Origin: Macrostomum hystrix
Lineage: Eukaryota > Animalia > Platyhelminthes
DNA length: 64,000 nucleotides
Direction of reading: 5' to 3'
NCBI GenBank assembly: GCA_950097015.1
Contig: CATNEN010000007.1
Coordinates: forward strand, 9,796,001 to 9,860,000
A program made the position numbers and the translations under genes. This document shows, piece after piece, positions 12,650-27,454 of the stretch. The notes below the pieces were generated by a model, which did not search any database, had not been told where the DNA came from, and saw only the letters and a list, made by a program, of their open reading frames with translations. The first letter of the stretch is position 1; the number at the start of each line of letters is the position of its first letter.

Positions 12650-14125
12650 AACAATCTCAGCCCCACCCAGACAGCAGAATCTGCCAACCATCTTAGCCCT
12701 TCCCAGACAGCAGAATCTGCCAACCATCTAAGTCCCACCCAGACAGCAGAATCTGCCAACCATCTAAGCCCCACCCAGACAGCAGAATCTGCCAACCATC
12801 TCAGCCCCACCCAGACAGCAGAATCTGCCAACCATCTCAGCCCCACCCAGACAGCAGAATCTGCCAACCATCTAAGCCCCACCCAGACAGCAGAATCTGC
12901 CAACCATCTCAGCCCCACCCAGACAGCAGAATCTGCCAACCATCTCAGCCCCACCCAGACAGCAGAATCTGCCAACCATCTCAGCCCTTCCCAGACAGCA
13001 GAATCTGCCAACCATCTTAGCCCTTCCCAGACAGCAGAATCTGCCAACCATCTAAGCCCCACCCAGACAGCAGAATCTGCCAACCATCTCAGCCCCACCC
13101 AGACAGCAGAATCTGCCAACCATCTCAGCCCCACCCAGACAGCAGAATCTGCCAACCATCTAAGCCCCACCCAGACAGCAGAATCTGCCAACCATCTCAG
13201 CCCCACCCAGAGAGCAGAATCTGCCAACCATCTCAGCCCTTCCCAGACAGCAGAATCTGCCAACCATCTCAGCCCTTCCCAGACAGCAGAATCTGCCAAC
13301 CATCTAAGCCCCACCCAGACAGCAGAATCTGCCAACCATCTCAGCCCCACCCAGACAGCAGAATCTGCCAACCATCTCAGCCCCACCCAGACAGCAGAAT
13401 CTGCCAACCATCTAAGCCCCACCCAGACAGCAGAATCTGCCAACCATCTCAGCCCCACCCAGACAGCAGAATCTGCCAACCATCTCAGCCCCACCCAGAC
13501 AGCAGAATCTGCCAACCATCTCAGCCCTTCCCAGACAGCAGAATCTGCCAACTATCTCAGCCCTTCCCAGACAGCAGAATCTGCCAACCATCTCAGCCCT
13601 TCCCAGACAGCAGAATCTGCCAACCATCTCAGCCCCACCCAGACAGCAGAATCTGCCAACCATCTCAGCCCTTCCCAGACAGCAGAATCTGCCAACCATC
13701 TCAGCCCTTCCCAGACAGCAGAATCTGCCAACCATCTAAGCCCCACCCAGACAGCAGAATCTGCCAACCATCTCAGCCCCACCCAGACAGCAGAATCTGC
13801 CAACCATCTCAGCCCCACCCAGACAGCAGAATCTGCCAACCATCTAAGCCCCACCCAGACAGCAGAATCTGCCAACCATCTCAGCCCCACCCAGACAGCA
13901 GAATCTGCCAACCATCTCAGCCCCACCCAGACAGCAGAATCTGCCAACCATCTCAGCCCTTCCCAGACAGCAGAATCTGCCAACTATCTCAGCCCTTCCC
14001 AGACAGCAGAATCTGCCAACCATCTCAGCCCTTCCCAGACAGCAGAATCTGCCAACCATCTCAGCCCCACCCAGACAGCAGAATCTGCCAACCATCTCAG
14101 CCCTTCCCAGACAGCAGAATTCCCC
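12650..14125. repeat. 36-bp minisatellite (~40 copies) directly upstream of SRPK
   Basis: Unit cagacagcagaatctgccaaccatctcagccccacc. Confidence 0.97.
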
Positions 14126-14424
14126 CCCCAATCTCTTGCTTACTATTCTCGTGGCTCTCAGCGCTTATCCTTAATTCTTCGGTAGCAGGTCTCATTCACT
14201 GAATTAGTTATGCATTTTCCCAGCTTGGTAGCATAGTGTGAATTGCCAGAAATCTATGAATTGTCTATGGCCAAAGTCACAGGAGTAAGCTTAGGATCCG
14301 GCGTTCGCACTAGAGTAAAGAAAACACTGAGCAGCCAACCCAACAGAAAATTAGACAAATAGAATTTTAGTTTTTTAGCAAAATAAGTTTTCTAAGGATT
14401 AAGCAGATTGCTTCGATATTAGAG

Positions 14425-15159
14425 ATGTCAGACGAGGTTCATCAGTCGTTATCACCAGCTAAAACTGAAGCCTTGGACAAAGTCAATACACCGATGGCTT
14501 TCCTGCGAGACTTGACCCAGCTCAATTTGCAAAGTGGCGGCAATTTATTTCACGAATTCGGCGCACCCGACGATGTCGGCGTTCCGGGCGATCTCGACGA
14601 TAACGACGATCTCGGCGATATTGAAGACCTCGGCGACGCTGGCCACCAATTGTCAAATTCTCCAGCCTCTTCGGACACTTCGTCAGGTCCGCCGCAGACC
14701 GTTCGGCGTCGCCGGCAGAGCCCCAGCCCGGGCATGCCAGATCCCCGCCCTCCAGGCGACCTGGACGACAGCGGCGACGACGACGAAGATAGGGACGGCG
14801 ATGATTTGGTGTCTTGGATAACCATTGATGAGAGAACCACCGCTGACCCTTGCAGCTCCATCAATGATGACGACGGCGATGAGGAAGAGGAGGAACTGCT
14901 GCCCGACCTGCTTGACGAGAGCAATGGTGGCGCCGGCTTCGGTGATGACACCGAGGCTGTCGGCTTCGACGCCACTTCGCCCGGCGACCTGGCGCCGCAA
15001 TTGACTGAAGGCGACGAATTCGATGACGAGCCGCCTCCGGACGACGAAGGAGATGAAGGGCCGCAGGGCAGCGACGACGAGCAGGAGGACTCAAAGGACT
15101 ACTGCAAGGGTGGCTACCACCCGGTGAAGATCGGCCAGTTGTACAACCAGCGGTATCAG
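14425..15159 (+). CDS. SRPK: SR protein kinase, exon 1 (long acidic N-terminus through EDSKDYCKGGYHPVKIG)
   Basis: SRPK signature QEDxxDYCKGGYHPVKIG; donor cag|gtgcgt at 15160; phase 0. The exact start codon is less certain. Confidence 0.85.
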
Positions 15160-15402
15160 GTGCGTGACCCGCGGCCCCATGATCACAGATCACCGTACTT
15201 TTTCGTTGCTGTGAGCCATCAATTTCGTATCAAGGGAAAAAACTGACCGCAATTCATTTGGCCATAGCGAATGCCTATGCTGGACCTGGATCTGGAAGCC
15301 CTGTTCTTTCGCATCTGGTTTGGCTTTCTTGGGGCTTAGAATAAATTTTTAACTGATTTTAGGCCTGGATTTCGAATGCCCAATTGCATTCTGTTATTTT
15401 GA

Positions 15403-15984
<582 letters not shown>

Positions 15985-16329
15985 TAGTCCAGCACCAATA
16001 GCACCAATCGCTCGCTGCTCCGCCAATCCGACACCCATGAACCCTGAAATTCCACGTAAACAGAATGGACCTTGTTAACTGTGAAGAGAATGCTCATTCT
16101 CCTGAATAGTTCTCACCTAGGCGTGTGTTTAAAATCCATCAATCAAACTCACCGGATTTCTGAGGTCACTATGTCCCAGAGCAAAGGTTGTCATCTGTAA
16201 TTCAATGACTAGTCTGCATTTACATATCCGAATTTCAGTCTCCTACGATGGACTGAGTGAGTTCTTTAAATAAATGGCACTGCAGAACCTGAGATACATG
16301 TAAACTCTCATAAATGGGTAACTGGGGTA

Positions 16330-16460
16330 TTTGAGGGTGCGTGTGGCATCCAACCCAGTCCATGGACTGAACAGCCGTACACTTTTCAGATGCGGCTGCG
16401 CTGTCCGCTGCACATCTGGCCCGATTAGGGCAGTTGTAATAAAGAATATTATTATTAATT
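16330..16460 (+). mobile_element. 5'-truncated SINE, family B, in SRPK intron 2
   Basis: Shares ccagtccatggactgaac and acatctggcccgatt with 44255-44435; ends in an (att)n-like tail. Confidence 0.55.
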
Positions 16461-16489
16461 TACCTTTGCTATTATTTTTTGGATATTAA

Positions 16490-16708
<219 letters not shown>

Positions 16709-16884
16709 TGACGGCTTCAAAGCTTAGAAGCTAAGGGAATGATGACTGGCTTAACCTTAGCATGCTTGCACCTGATTAAGATTTGCGCACCTTCTCCCTT
16801 GTATCTTTATGCACCTGTGCCTCGTTTCCGTGTCCGCTTGACCTGTGCTCTGCAGCTCCTTCAGTGCTAGCTTTTTTGCTGTTT

Positions 16885-18795
16885 GCTTGTCTAGTTACTG
16901 ATCTCACTGATGCTCAGGCTAGTTACTGTTCTCACAGATGCTCAGGCTAGCTACTGTTCTCACAGATGCTCAGGCTTGTTACTGTTCTCACAGATGCTCA
17001 GGCTAGTTACTGATCTCACAGATGCTCAGGCTAGTTACTGTTCTCACAGATGCTCAGGCTAGCTACTGTTCTCACGGATGCTCAGTCTAGTTACTGTTCT
17101 CACGGATGCTCAGGCTAGTTACTGTTCTCACAGATGCTCAGGCTAGTTACTGTTCTCACAGATGCTCAGGCTAGTTACTGTTCTCACAGATGCTCAGGCT
17201 AGTTACTGTTCTCACAGATGCTCAGGCTAGTTACTGTTCTCACAGATGCTCAGGCTAGCTACTGTTCTCACGGATGCTCAGGCTAGTTACTGTTCTCACG
17301 GATGCTCAGGCTAGTTACTGTTCTCACAGATGCTCAGGCTAGTTACTGTTCTCACAGATGCTCAGGCTAGTTACTGTTCTCACAGATGCTCAGGCTAGTT
17401 ACTGTTCTCACAGATGCTCAGGCTAGTTACTGTTCTCACGGATGCTCAGGCTAGTTACTGTTCTCACAGATGCTCAGGCTAGCTACTGTTCTCACAGATG
17501 CCCAGGCTAGCAACTGTTCTCACAGATGCTCAGGCTAGTTACTGTTCTCACAGATGCTCAGGCTAGCTACTGTTCTCACAGATGCTCAGGCTAGTTACTG
17601 TTCTCACAGATGCCCAGGCTAACTACTGTTCTCACAGATGCTCAGGCTAGCTACTGTTCTCACAGATGCTCAGGCTAGCTACTGTTCTCACAGATGCTCA
17701 GGCTAGTTACTGTTCTCACAGATGCTCAGGCTAGCTACTGTTCTCACAGATGCTCAGGCTAGCTACTGTTCTCACAGATGCCCAGGCTAACTACTGTTCT
17801 CACAGATGCTCAGGCTAGCTACTGTTCTCACAGATGCTCAGGCTAGTTACTGTTCTCACAGATGCTCAGGCTAGCTACTGTTCTCACAGATGCTCAGGCT
17901 AGCTACTGTTCTCACAGATGCCCAGGCTAACTACTGTTCTCACAGATGCTCAGGCTAGCTACTGTTCTCACAGATGCTCAGGCTAGCTACTGTTCTCACA
18001 GATGCTCAGGCTAGCTACTGTTCTCACAGATGCTCAGGCTAGCTACTGTTCTCACAGATGCTCAGGCTAGCTACTGTTCTCACGGATGCTCAGGCTAGTT
18101 ACTGTTCTCACAGATGCTCAGGCTAGCTACTGTTCTCACAGATGCTCAGGCTTGTTACTGTTCTCACAGATGCTCAGGCTAGCTACTGTTCTCACAGATG
18201 CTCAGGCTTGTTACTGTTCTCACAGATGCTCAGGCTAGTTACTGTTCTCACAGATGCTCAGGCTAGTTACTGTTCTCACAGATGCTCAGGCTAGTTACTG
18301 ATCTCACAGATGCTCAGGCTAGTTACTGTTCTCACAGATGCTCAGGCTAGCTACTGTTCTCACAGATGCTCAGGCTAGCTACTGTTCTCACGGATGCTCA
18401 GGCTAGTTACTGTTCTCACAGATGCTCAGGCTAGCTACTGTTCTCACAGATGCTCAGGCTTGTTACTGTTCTCACAGATGCTCAGGCTAGCTACTGTTCT
18501 CACAGATGCTCAGGCTTGTTACTGTTCTCACAGATGCTCAGGCTTGTTACTGTTCTCACAGATGCTCAGGCTAGTTACTGTTCTCACAGATGCTCAGGCT
18601 AGTTACTGATCTCACAGATGCTCAGGCTAGTTACTGTTCTCACAGATGCTCAGGCTAGCTACTGTTCTCACAGATGCTCAGGCTTGTTACTGTTCTCACA
18701 GATGCTCAGGCTAGCTACTGTTCTCACAGATGCTCAGGCTAGTTACTGATCTCACAGATGCTCATGCTAGCTACTGTTCTCACGGATGCTCAGGT
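16885..18795. repeat. 28-bp minisatellite (~68 copies) in SRPK intron 3
   Basis: Unit ctagttactgttctcacagatgctcagg. Confidence 0.97.
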
Positions 18796-19857
18796 CTTGG
18801 CGCTGTTATCTTGTCTCTGATGCTCAGTGAGAGCTGCTCAGTTTGATTACTCCAATAGTATATCTTTGCCTGACGGGCCTGCAAGCAGCCTTGCTCTGTG
18901 GCCGTGGCTGCTGGCCTCTCAGTAAATAAGCCCCAATTAATTCTCATCCAGCTAATCGATTCGGAAGTGCACTGGGCGGGTGCTCCAATCCATCTCGTGT
19001 CCTCATTGGCCTCTTATTAAATACCACTGGGTAAGGGCGACTGGCCGAATCTGTGGTGCTTCTAATTTTAGAATGCAAGATTCCCCATCCGCATTTCTCC
19101 CACTTTCCCCAGGGATTGTTGGCATTGGGATCTGTCGGGTCGCTCATAAATGCAAAGATTATTCAAATCTCAAAGCATTGAACAATTCTTCTTCTTGTAG
19201 CAATTGTGCAGCCAGCATTCCTGCTTTTAATATATATTCTCTACCGATTCTCCAAATAAGTTCTCAGGCAGCCGTGTGCTCGCACCGAGACTAGGCGCTA
19301 ATGAAAATTTGCTGCCAAAGAAGTCATGGCCTCCGCTGCGAGCTGCAGTGTGCCTGCGTGTTTGCACTTTTTTCTCCTTCCTTTCCCTCCTAAATATCCC
19401 CAACTGCCTGCCTCCCCCGCTGCCGCCGCTAACTAAACAACTTCTGGCGCCGTTGCCGCTATAAAGTAATTCTTGGCCGCTCAGGCGGGCTCAATGCTGG
19501 AGCTGATGTGCCCCTTCTCACACTCCTAATCTAAGCAGCCTAGCCCGCCAAACTCACTCCGACTTGATCTCTCGTCTTACACACTGAACTGATGGAATAT
19601 AGCTCTGCGGTTGTAAACTGGCTCACCGGACCACTCCCGTCTGTTATTATTGCAGGTTATTATTTTAACTATAGATTCCCAGTTACTGGGCAGTAACTTC
19701 CCAGCCTTGTCAGTCATACTTTGATTGTTTATCTGTGTATATTCCGGTGGGCCTAGTACTAGACTTTCACCAACAAAGCTGCCCTATGATTACAACAACA
19801 GAGTTTACAATAATTACATTTGCAACAATGGCACTTTAAAGCACACTTTAAGGCACA

Positions 19858-21162
19858 AAGTTTAGCCATTGGCCATCACTCTCCCAGATCCTCAAGTTTG
19901 GCCAATGGCCATCACTCTCCCAGATCCTCAAGTTTGGCCATTGGCCATCACTCTCCCAGATCCTCAAGTTTGGCTAATGGCCATCACTCTCCCAGATCCT
20001 CAAGTTTAGCCATTGGCCATCACTCTCCCAGATCCTCAAGTTTGGCCATTGGCCATCACTCTCCCAGATCCTCAAGTTTGGCTAATGGCCATCACTCTCC
20101 CAGATCCTCAAGTTTAGCCATTGGCCATCACTCTCCCAGATCCTCAAGTTTGGCCATTGGCCATCACTCTCCTAGATCCTCAAGTTTGGCCATTGGCCAT
20201 CACTCTCCCAGATCCTCAAGTTTGGCCATTGGCCATCACTCTCCCAGATCCTCAAGTTTGGCTAATGGCCATCACTCTCCCAGATCCTCAAGTTTGGCCA
20301 ATGGCCATCACTCTCCCAGATCCTCAAGTTTGGCCAATGGCCATCACTCTCCCAGATCCTCAAGTTTGGCCATTGGCCATCACTCTCCCAGATCCTCAAG
20401 TTTGGCCATTGGCCATCACTCTCCCAGATCCTCAAGTTTGGCTAATGGCCATCACTCTCCCAGATCCTCAAGTTTGGCCAATGGCCATCACTTTCCCAGA
20501 TCCTCAAGTTTGGCTAATGGCCATCACTCTCCCAGATCCTCAAGTTTGGCTAATGGCCATCCCTTTCCCAGATCCTCAAGTTTGGCTAATGGCCATCCCT
20601 TTTCCAGATCCTCAAGTTTGGCTAATGGCCATCCCTTTTCCAGATCCTCAAGTTTGGCTAATGGCCATCACTCTCCCAGATCCTCAAGTTAAGCCATTGG
20701 CCATCACTCTCCCAGATCCTCACGTTTAGCCATTGGCCATCACTCTCCCAGATCCTCAAGTTTAGCCATTGGCCATCACTCTCCCAGATCCTCAAGTTTG
20801 GCTAATGGCCATCACTCTCCCAGATCCTCAAGTTTAGCCATTGGCCATCACTCTCCCAGATCCTCAAGTTTAGCCATTGGCCATCACTCCCAGATCCTCA
20901 AGTTTAGCCATTGGCCATCACTCCCAGATCCTCAAGTTTAGCCATTGGCCATCACTCCCAGATCCTCAAGTTTAGCCATTGGCCATCACTCCCAGATCCT
21001 CAAGTTTGGCTAATGGCCATCACTCTCCCAGATCCTCAAGTTTAGCCATTGGCTGTCACTCTCCCAGATCCTCTGGTGTGGCTGTCACTCTCCCAGATCC
21101 TCTGTTTTGGCTGTCACTCTCCCAGATCCTCTGTTTTGGCTGTCACTCTCCCAGATCCTCAT
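19858..21162. repeat. 36-bp minisatellite (~33 copies) changing to a 29-bp derivative at its 3' end, SRPK intron 3
   Basis: Unit ggccatcactctcccagatcctcaagtttggccatt; from ~21051 the unit is ggctgtcactctcccagatcctctgtttt. Confidence 0.95.
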
Positions 21163-21782
21163 CTATGGTCATCGACTTCAAAATCAAAGCATCAGTTTGT
21201 TTTATTTTGTTGTCGCTGTGAAACTGCGCTCGCACTGGTTCACCACTGAGCACTCGCCCGCCCATCTTACACCCCATCTCCTTCCTATTTGTTTTAGTGT
21301 GTAACATGGCAAACGGTGAGCACCTATTCGTCTGTTTTATTTTCTCTGTTGATATGTTTGTGCGATCCAGTCTAATCTCCATGCCGCACTGCCGCTCCAG
21401 GATTGAGCACTTTGTTCGTTCAGATTTTACGCTCCCAACTCAATAATTTATAACCTCACCGTTTAAAGTTAATTTAGTTACATCATCGTTGTGGCACTTG
21501 TTTTTGTTATGCTACGAGTAGTATTGAATCCACTATTGTTGAATATAGTTTCCATGCCTACTGATGCGCTATGAATTCAGGGGTGTGACGCAAAGGTTTC
21601 TGGCTGATGTCTTCAAAGGTGGCTAGATGACGCACTTGCTTTTCTATATTCTGCGTACACTTGATTAAATGCTTGCAATAAATATTTTCAGTTTTATCGC
21701 TTGTCTCGGCTACGACTTCGATTACCCAAACCTTAAATTTAGGTGGGACCAGCATGCTCATAATGCTCAGGAGCCCGTTATC

Positions 21783-21910
21783 TTCCAGATCCTCAGGATG
21801 CAATCACTCTCCCAGATCCTCAGGATGCAATCACTCTCCCAGATCCTCAGGATGCAATCACTCTCCCAGATCCTCAGGATGCAATCACTCTCCCAGATCC
21901 TCAGGATGCA
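21783..21910. repeat. 27-bp minisatellite (~5 copies), SRPK intron 3
   Basis: Unit cagatcctcaggatgcaatcactctcc. Confidence 0.95.
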
Positions 21911-22610
21911 GTGTCTCTCGTGAAAGCATTGTTAATAAAATATTGATTAAACTACAATCACCCATTGGTTTGCAACGTTATTGCTACGTGACTGCATGCT
22001 TGTTCGTTTTACTTATTGAAAAATCACAGCATTCACAGTTTATTTTGCTCGCAATTGACGCTAATCAATACGCCTTTGGTCTAGCCTGCCAGCCGGGGGT
22101 GTGAAGAGTGGGCCGGGCCGACCGCATGATGCATGCTCCTATGTTGCCACCATGGGAGGGGGGATGGCCTCAGTCTGGTAAATGGTGTTTGTTTAAAAAA
22201 GCCTCCGTGGCAACAGCTAACAGCCTGTGTCCGTGTGCTGGCTCTATTTTTAGCTGCTTTCAAGTTTTCAGTAGACTTTAAGAATTTTTGTGGGGTCAAA
22301 AAATGAATTCCGTGTGTGTCCGCTGGATCCCCGTGCGATATGGGATAATTGCGGCCCGTTTCCCTAGATGACTGTTTTCCGCTAGCAACCATTATTTCCC
22401 AGTCTTACAATTGGGCATGGTGCGTGGCTGGGGATAAAAATCCCTTTCTTTTGGCGAAGCCTTCTAGCCTGCATTCTAGACAGGCCCAAATGTTAATAGA
22501 CTTATTTTTATCCTGCCTTTTATAACAGCCTAATGCAATACAGGCTTCCCGTGCAAGCCGCCGCAATATCCCACATTATTTATCCCCATTTTACTTGTCC
22601 CCGCCCGCAG

Positions 22611-22819
22611 TGAGCACAGCTCCGCCCGACCGCAGCGCCGACCCCTCCAAGATGAGCAAGAACAAGAAGAAGAAGATGCGCAAGAAGGCCAAGAAGCAGC
22701 AGCAACTGCTCGAAGGCGAGATGCGCGACCTGGCCTCGGTGGAGGGCCTGGACATCCCCAGCCTGGCTGTGGAGAGGGACACGGGCCCGGATCCCAGCAA
22801 GCAGGTCTGCCCCATCCAG
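22611..22819 (+). CDS. SRPK: SR protein kinase, exon 4 (spacer with basic KNKKKKMRKKAKKQ motif)
   Basis: G+TG restores the conserved GSAVSTAP; ends DPSKQVCPIQ|gtgag in phase 0. Confidence 0.9.
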
Positions 22820-23303
22820 GTGAGCTTAGCCTGAGATCTCTGAGATTTCTCCCATCTAAATTGTTAGTGGCAAGTGCCTGTTCGTCGGCAATTTTTGCGA
22901 ACATCTAAATTTACGAATCTTTTATGTCCTTTGAATAGGTCTAAGGCTTTCTAAGGGCCTATTCACAAAATAGAGATAAACACATTTGTTTGTAGTTAAA
23001 TGCATTAAAATTAGAGTTTGAGCTTTAGTCACAAATGTTACACAACTATACTTAACCTATTCTATATGAACCAGCAGAGTAACATTTATATTAGTAATGT
23101 TATTTATTTACTGTGAAGAATATGCATAACCTGTTCAGTATACTCGTAGACAAGTTTATTGTGGTAATATTCTAGTGAGGAATGTTTATTATAGCTTTTT
23201 GTCTACAAAGCTCAAGCTCGAATTTTAATGCATGGCTGGCATTTTATTATAAACAAATGTGTTATCCTCATCATGTGTACAGTAAATTAGAATTTGAACT
23301 TAA

Positions 23304-24365
<1,062 letters not shown>

Positions 24366-26169
24366 GACAACGCTGCCATCGCCAGGCTAATGGCTGGCTG
24401 ACGATGACTGACGAATCGGAGGCGGTCGCCCCAATCCGTGTCTTCTCTCGCCCTGCCCCCGCAAGTCTCGAAGCCTTTCATCTTCAATCTCGCTTTGCTG
24501 TCTGAAATTTCTACTGCTATTGCTACCCATAGTAGTCCTTAGAGTATGCTGCGAGATTTAAATATTTCTTTTTCTCTACTTTTGCACTGCAATCGGCACT
24601 TTAGTAGCTGGCAGGCTGGCCGCAATTTTAGAGGCTTCAGCAGCGGCGGGCCTTTTGTGTACATCTGTCCTATTGAATTCTTGAATTGAATATCGCACTG
24701 ACAAAATTGTTCCAATCCGCGTCTCATATTCTCGCTGAGTGCGGCCTGCTGCCTTTGTGTTTGCTTTTTACTACAATTTGCTGTTTATTAATTTTCACTA
24801 TTTTTCAGTTCGCCCTGCCGCCCCGATTTTTTTTCTAATCTCGCGCATGATCTCACACTCTCCGCCCTGTGAAGCCCGGGCTGCTGGAACCAGCGCCTCC
24901 AAGTCATTCGCCTGCCAGCCCCGTGCGGGCCGCCTCCGCCTCGCCTATTCGCATTCATTCCTGTCAGCAGGCCGGCAGTGTTCTGTCAAGAGTGTTGTTA
25001 CTGCTTCTAGTAGCACTGGCATGCTAGCTAATAGCGTGTAGGAACAGCTGTAGCTCATTGTCATATTCGCATCCTGATTAGCAGCAGATTGAATAGTCCG
25101 TTGTTATCTGCTTAGCTGGCTGAATTCTTCTTTCCGTTGTCAGGCGTCTCATTTCTTTCGGCTACTAACCCAACCGTCCCCGGCTGCTTTGAGCAGAGCA
25201 AATTCAAACTAATAATAATTATGATGATAACAATAATACACGGATCTGCCGCCACTAGCGCCCGTCTTGCAGCCTTTTTTCTGTCAGTCTCTGATTTATC
25301 CTCTGCGACTCAAGTGTAGCCGTCTTTAATTAGATTTGTCCTGGGATCAGGATTCAGTTGTGTTCACTTTTTTATAGCTGGCCCCGAGTCCGAGATGCGG
25401 ACTTTCCCTTTCTTTGTCTGCTGTCTTCGCGCTCGCTCCGCTTACACCAGAGAGGGCCGGTTGCTTGGCAACACTAGCGCTGCCAGATTGGCATTTTCTC
25501 CTGTTTTCAAACTGGCTAACAGAATGCCCAGCTGGAGCTGAGACTCCAAGCCAGAGCTGCCGGGACTCGGTCCCTAAGTAGCACATTTTTCTCTCCCTTT
25601 TTGCTTATTTATTATTTTCTCCCCAGCGCGAGAATTGCGGGTCGGACTGAGGCAAACTCAGCTAGCTAGAGTGATCCTTATGCATATATATATGTAATCT
25701 ATATATGTTATTTATTTAATTATGCACATATATAATATTTATATATGCTGTGTTCCTGCAGTTTTTTCATTTCTACGAAACCTACTATTATAGCTTGACT
25801 CTCGACAGACTCACAGAAGACTTGCTAGTTATAGACAAGTGATGAAAGCGGCATCGCATTAGTGAAATACAGGCTGCATATTCATAATATCTGATTACTG
25901 ACGTTGCCTCAACTTTCTTATTTTTTTGTCGTTATTCGTGTGTAAAATGTTCATACTACTCTACTAGGAGTAGAAATGCAGACAACACATCGTTGCGTTA
26001 TATTGCCAGTTTTTCTGTCAGAATTTTATGTTCAGTAATGTATATGCTACCATGTACAAAAAACGTAGGTCTAAATTTGAAGGTGGTGTATTAGCTTCTC
26101 TTCAGACCATTTCCTGAAGTCCAGATTTCTTCGAAGTCTCATCTGGTTAAGTTTCAGATTGGTGGTAAT

Positions 26170-27048
26170 TTCCTGAGATCCTTAATGGCTGAATTCCCGT
26201 TATCCTAAATTGCTCAATGTTTGAATTCCGGTTATCTTGAAATGCTTAATGGCTGAATTCCCGTTATCCTAAGATCCCTAATGGCTGAATTCCCGTTATC
26301 CTGAAATCCCTAATGGCTGAATTCCCGTTATCCTGAAATCCCTAATGGCTGAATTCCCGTTATCCTGAAATTCCTAATTGCTGAATTCCCGTTATCCTGA
26401 ATTGCCTAATTGCTGAATTCCCGTTATCCTGAAATCCCTAATGGCTGAATTCCCGTTATCCTGAAATTCCTAATTGCTGAATTCCCGTTATCCTGAAATC
26501 CCTAATGCTGAATTCCAGTTATCCTGAAATCCCTAATTGCTGAATTCCCGTTATCCTGAAATCCCTAATGGCTGAATTCCCGTTATCCTGAAATTCCTAA
26601 TTGCTGAATTCCCGTTATCCTGAATTGCCTAATTGCTGAATTCCCGTTATCCTGAAATCCCTAATGCTGAATTCCCGTTATCCTGAAATCCCTAATGCTG
26701 AATTCCCGTTATCCTGAAATCCCTAATGCTGAATTCCGGTTATCCTGAAATCCCTAATGCTGAATTCCCGTTATCCTGAAATCCCTAATGCTGAATTCCC
26801 GTTATCCTGAAATTCCTAATTGCTGAATTCCCGTTATCCTGAATTGCCTAATTGCTGAATTGCCGTTATCCTGAAATCCCTAATGCTGAATTCCCGTTAT
26901 CCTGAAATCCCTAATGCTGAATTCCGGTTATCCTGAAATCCCTAATGCTGAATTCCCGTTATCCTGAAATCCCTAATGCTGAATTCCCGTTATCCTGAAA
27001 TCCCTAATGCTGAATTCCAGTTATCCTGAAATCCCTAATGGCTGAATG
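26170..27048. repeat. 31/32-bp minisatellite (~27 copies) between the convergent SRPK and GPCR genes
   Basis: Unit gctgaattcccgttatcctgaaatccctaat(g). Confidence 0.95.
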
Positions 27049-27454
27049 TACGAAGTCCCCAACAGGCCAAAGACCTCGCAGAGCTCCTTGTTGACAGATT
27101 GCATCCTGTGTAGAATAAAAGCCTTAAGATCTCTGCATTCGGGCCTGTAATTAAGTGAATGCATCAGAAGTGTCTGATCTTCGGATCTTAGCCCAATAAT
27201 TAGCTCAACCTTTAACCAATCTCCCCTTGTAATGGCGGCAGACAATATAACGTAGTTTGCGAACGTCAAGGATATGAAACAGGTTTGTTTAAGACTATCT
27301 AGCAAAGCAGAGCATCCAGTTGTCGCTATGTACAGCAAAGAAGGAGAAATGGGGCGTGAGCGATCTATTAGTTTTGCTATTTAGTAGTAGATAAACAGTG
27401 AAGTCCAATTGAAGTTTTCGAGCGATACTCGTCCACCGGTGCGGCACCATTGCA

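Noticed and set aside
12616-14131. Long repetitive ORFs (WLADSAVWVGLR)n
   Set aside because: By-product of a 36-bp unit lacking stops in some frames; broken by point variants and without gene context.
19820-20729. Ser/His/Arg-rich 290-aa ORF that could look like an SRPK substrate or spacer exon
   Set aside because: Pure minisatellite, open in more than one frame, no convincing splice sites, and SRPK exons 3 and 4 already join in frame.
25585-25650. Strong orphan splice acceptor downstream of SRPK
   Set aside because: No useful reading frame follows it (a leader AUG would give only 8 codons), so no gene can be supported.
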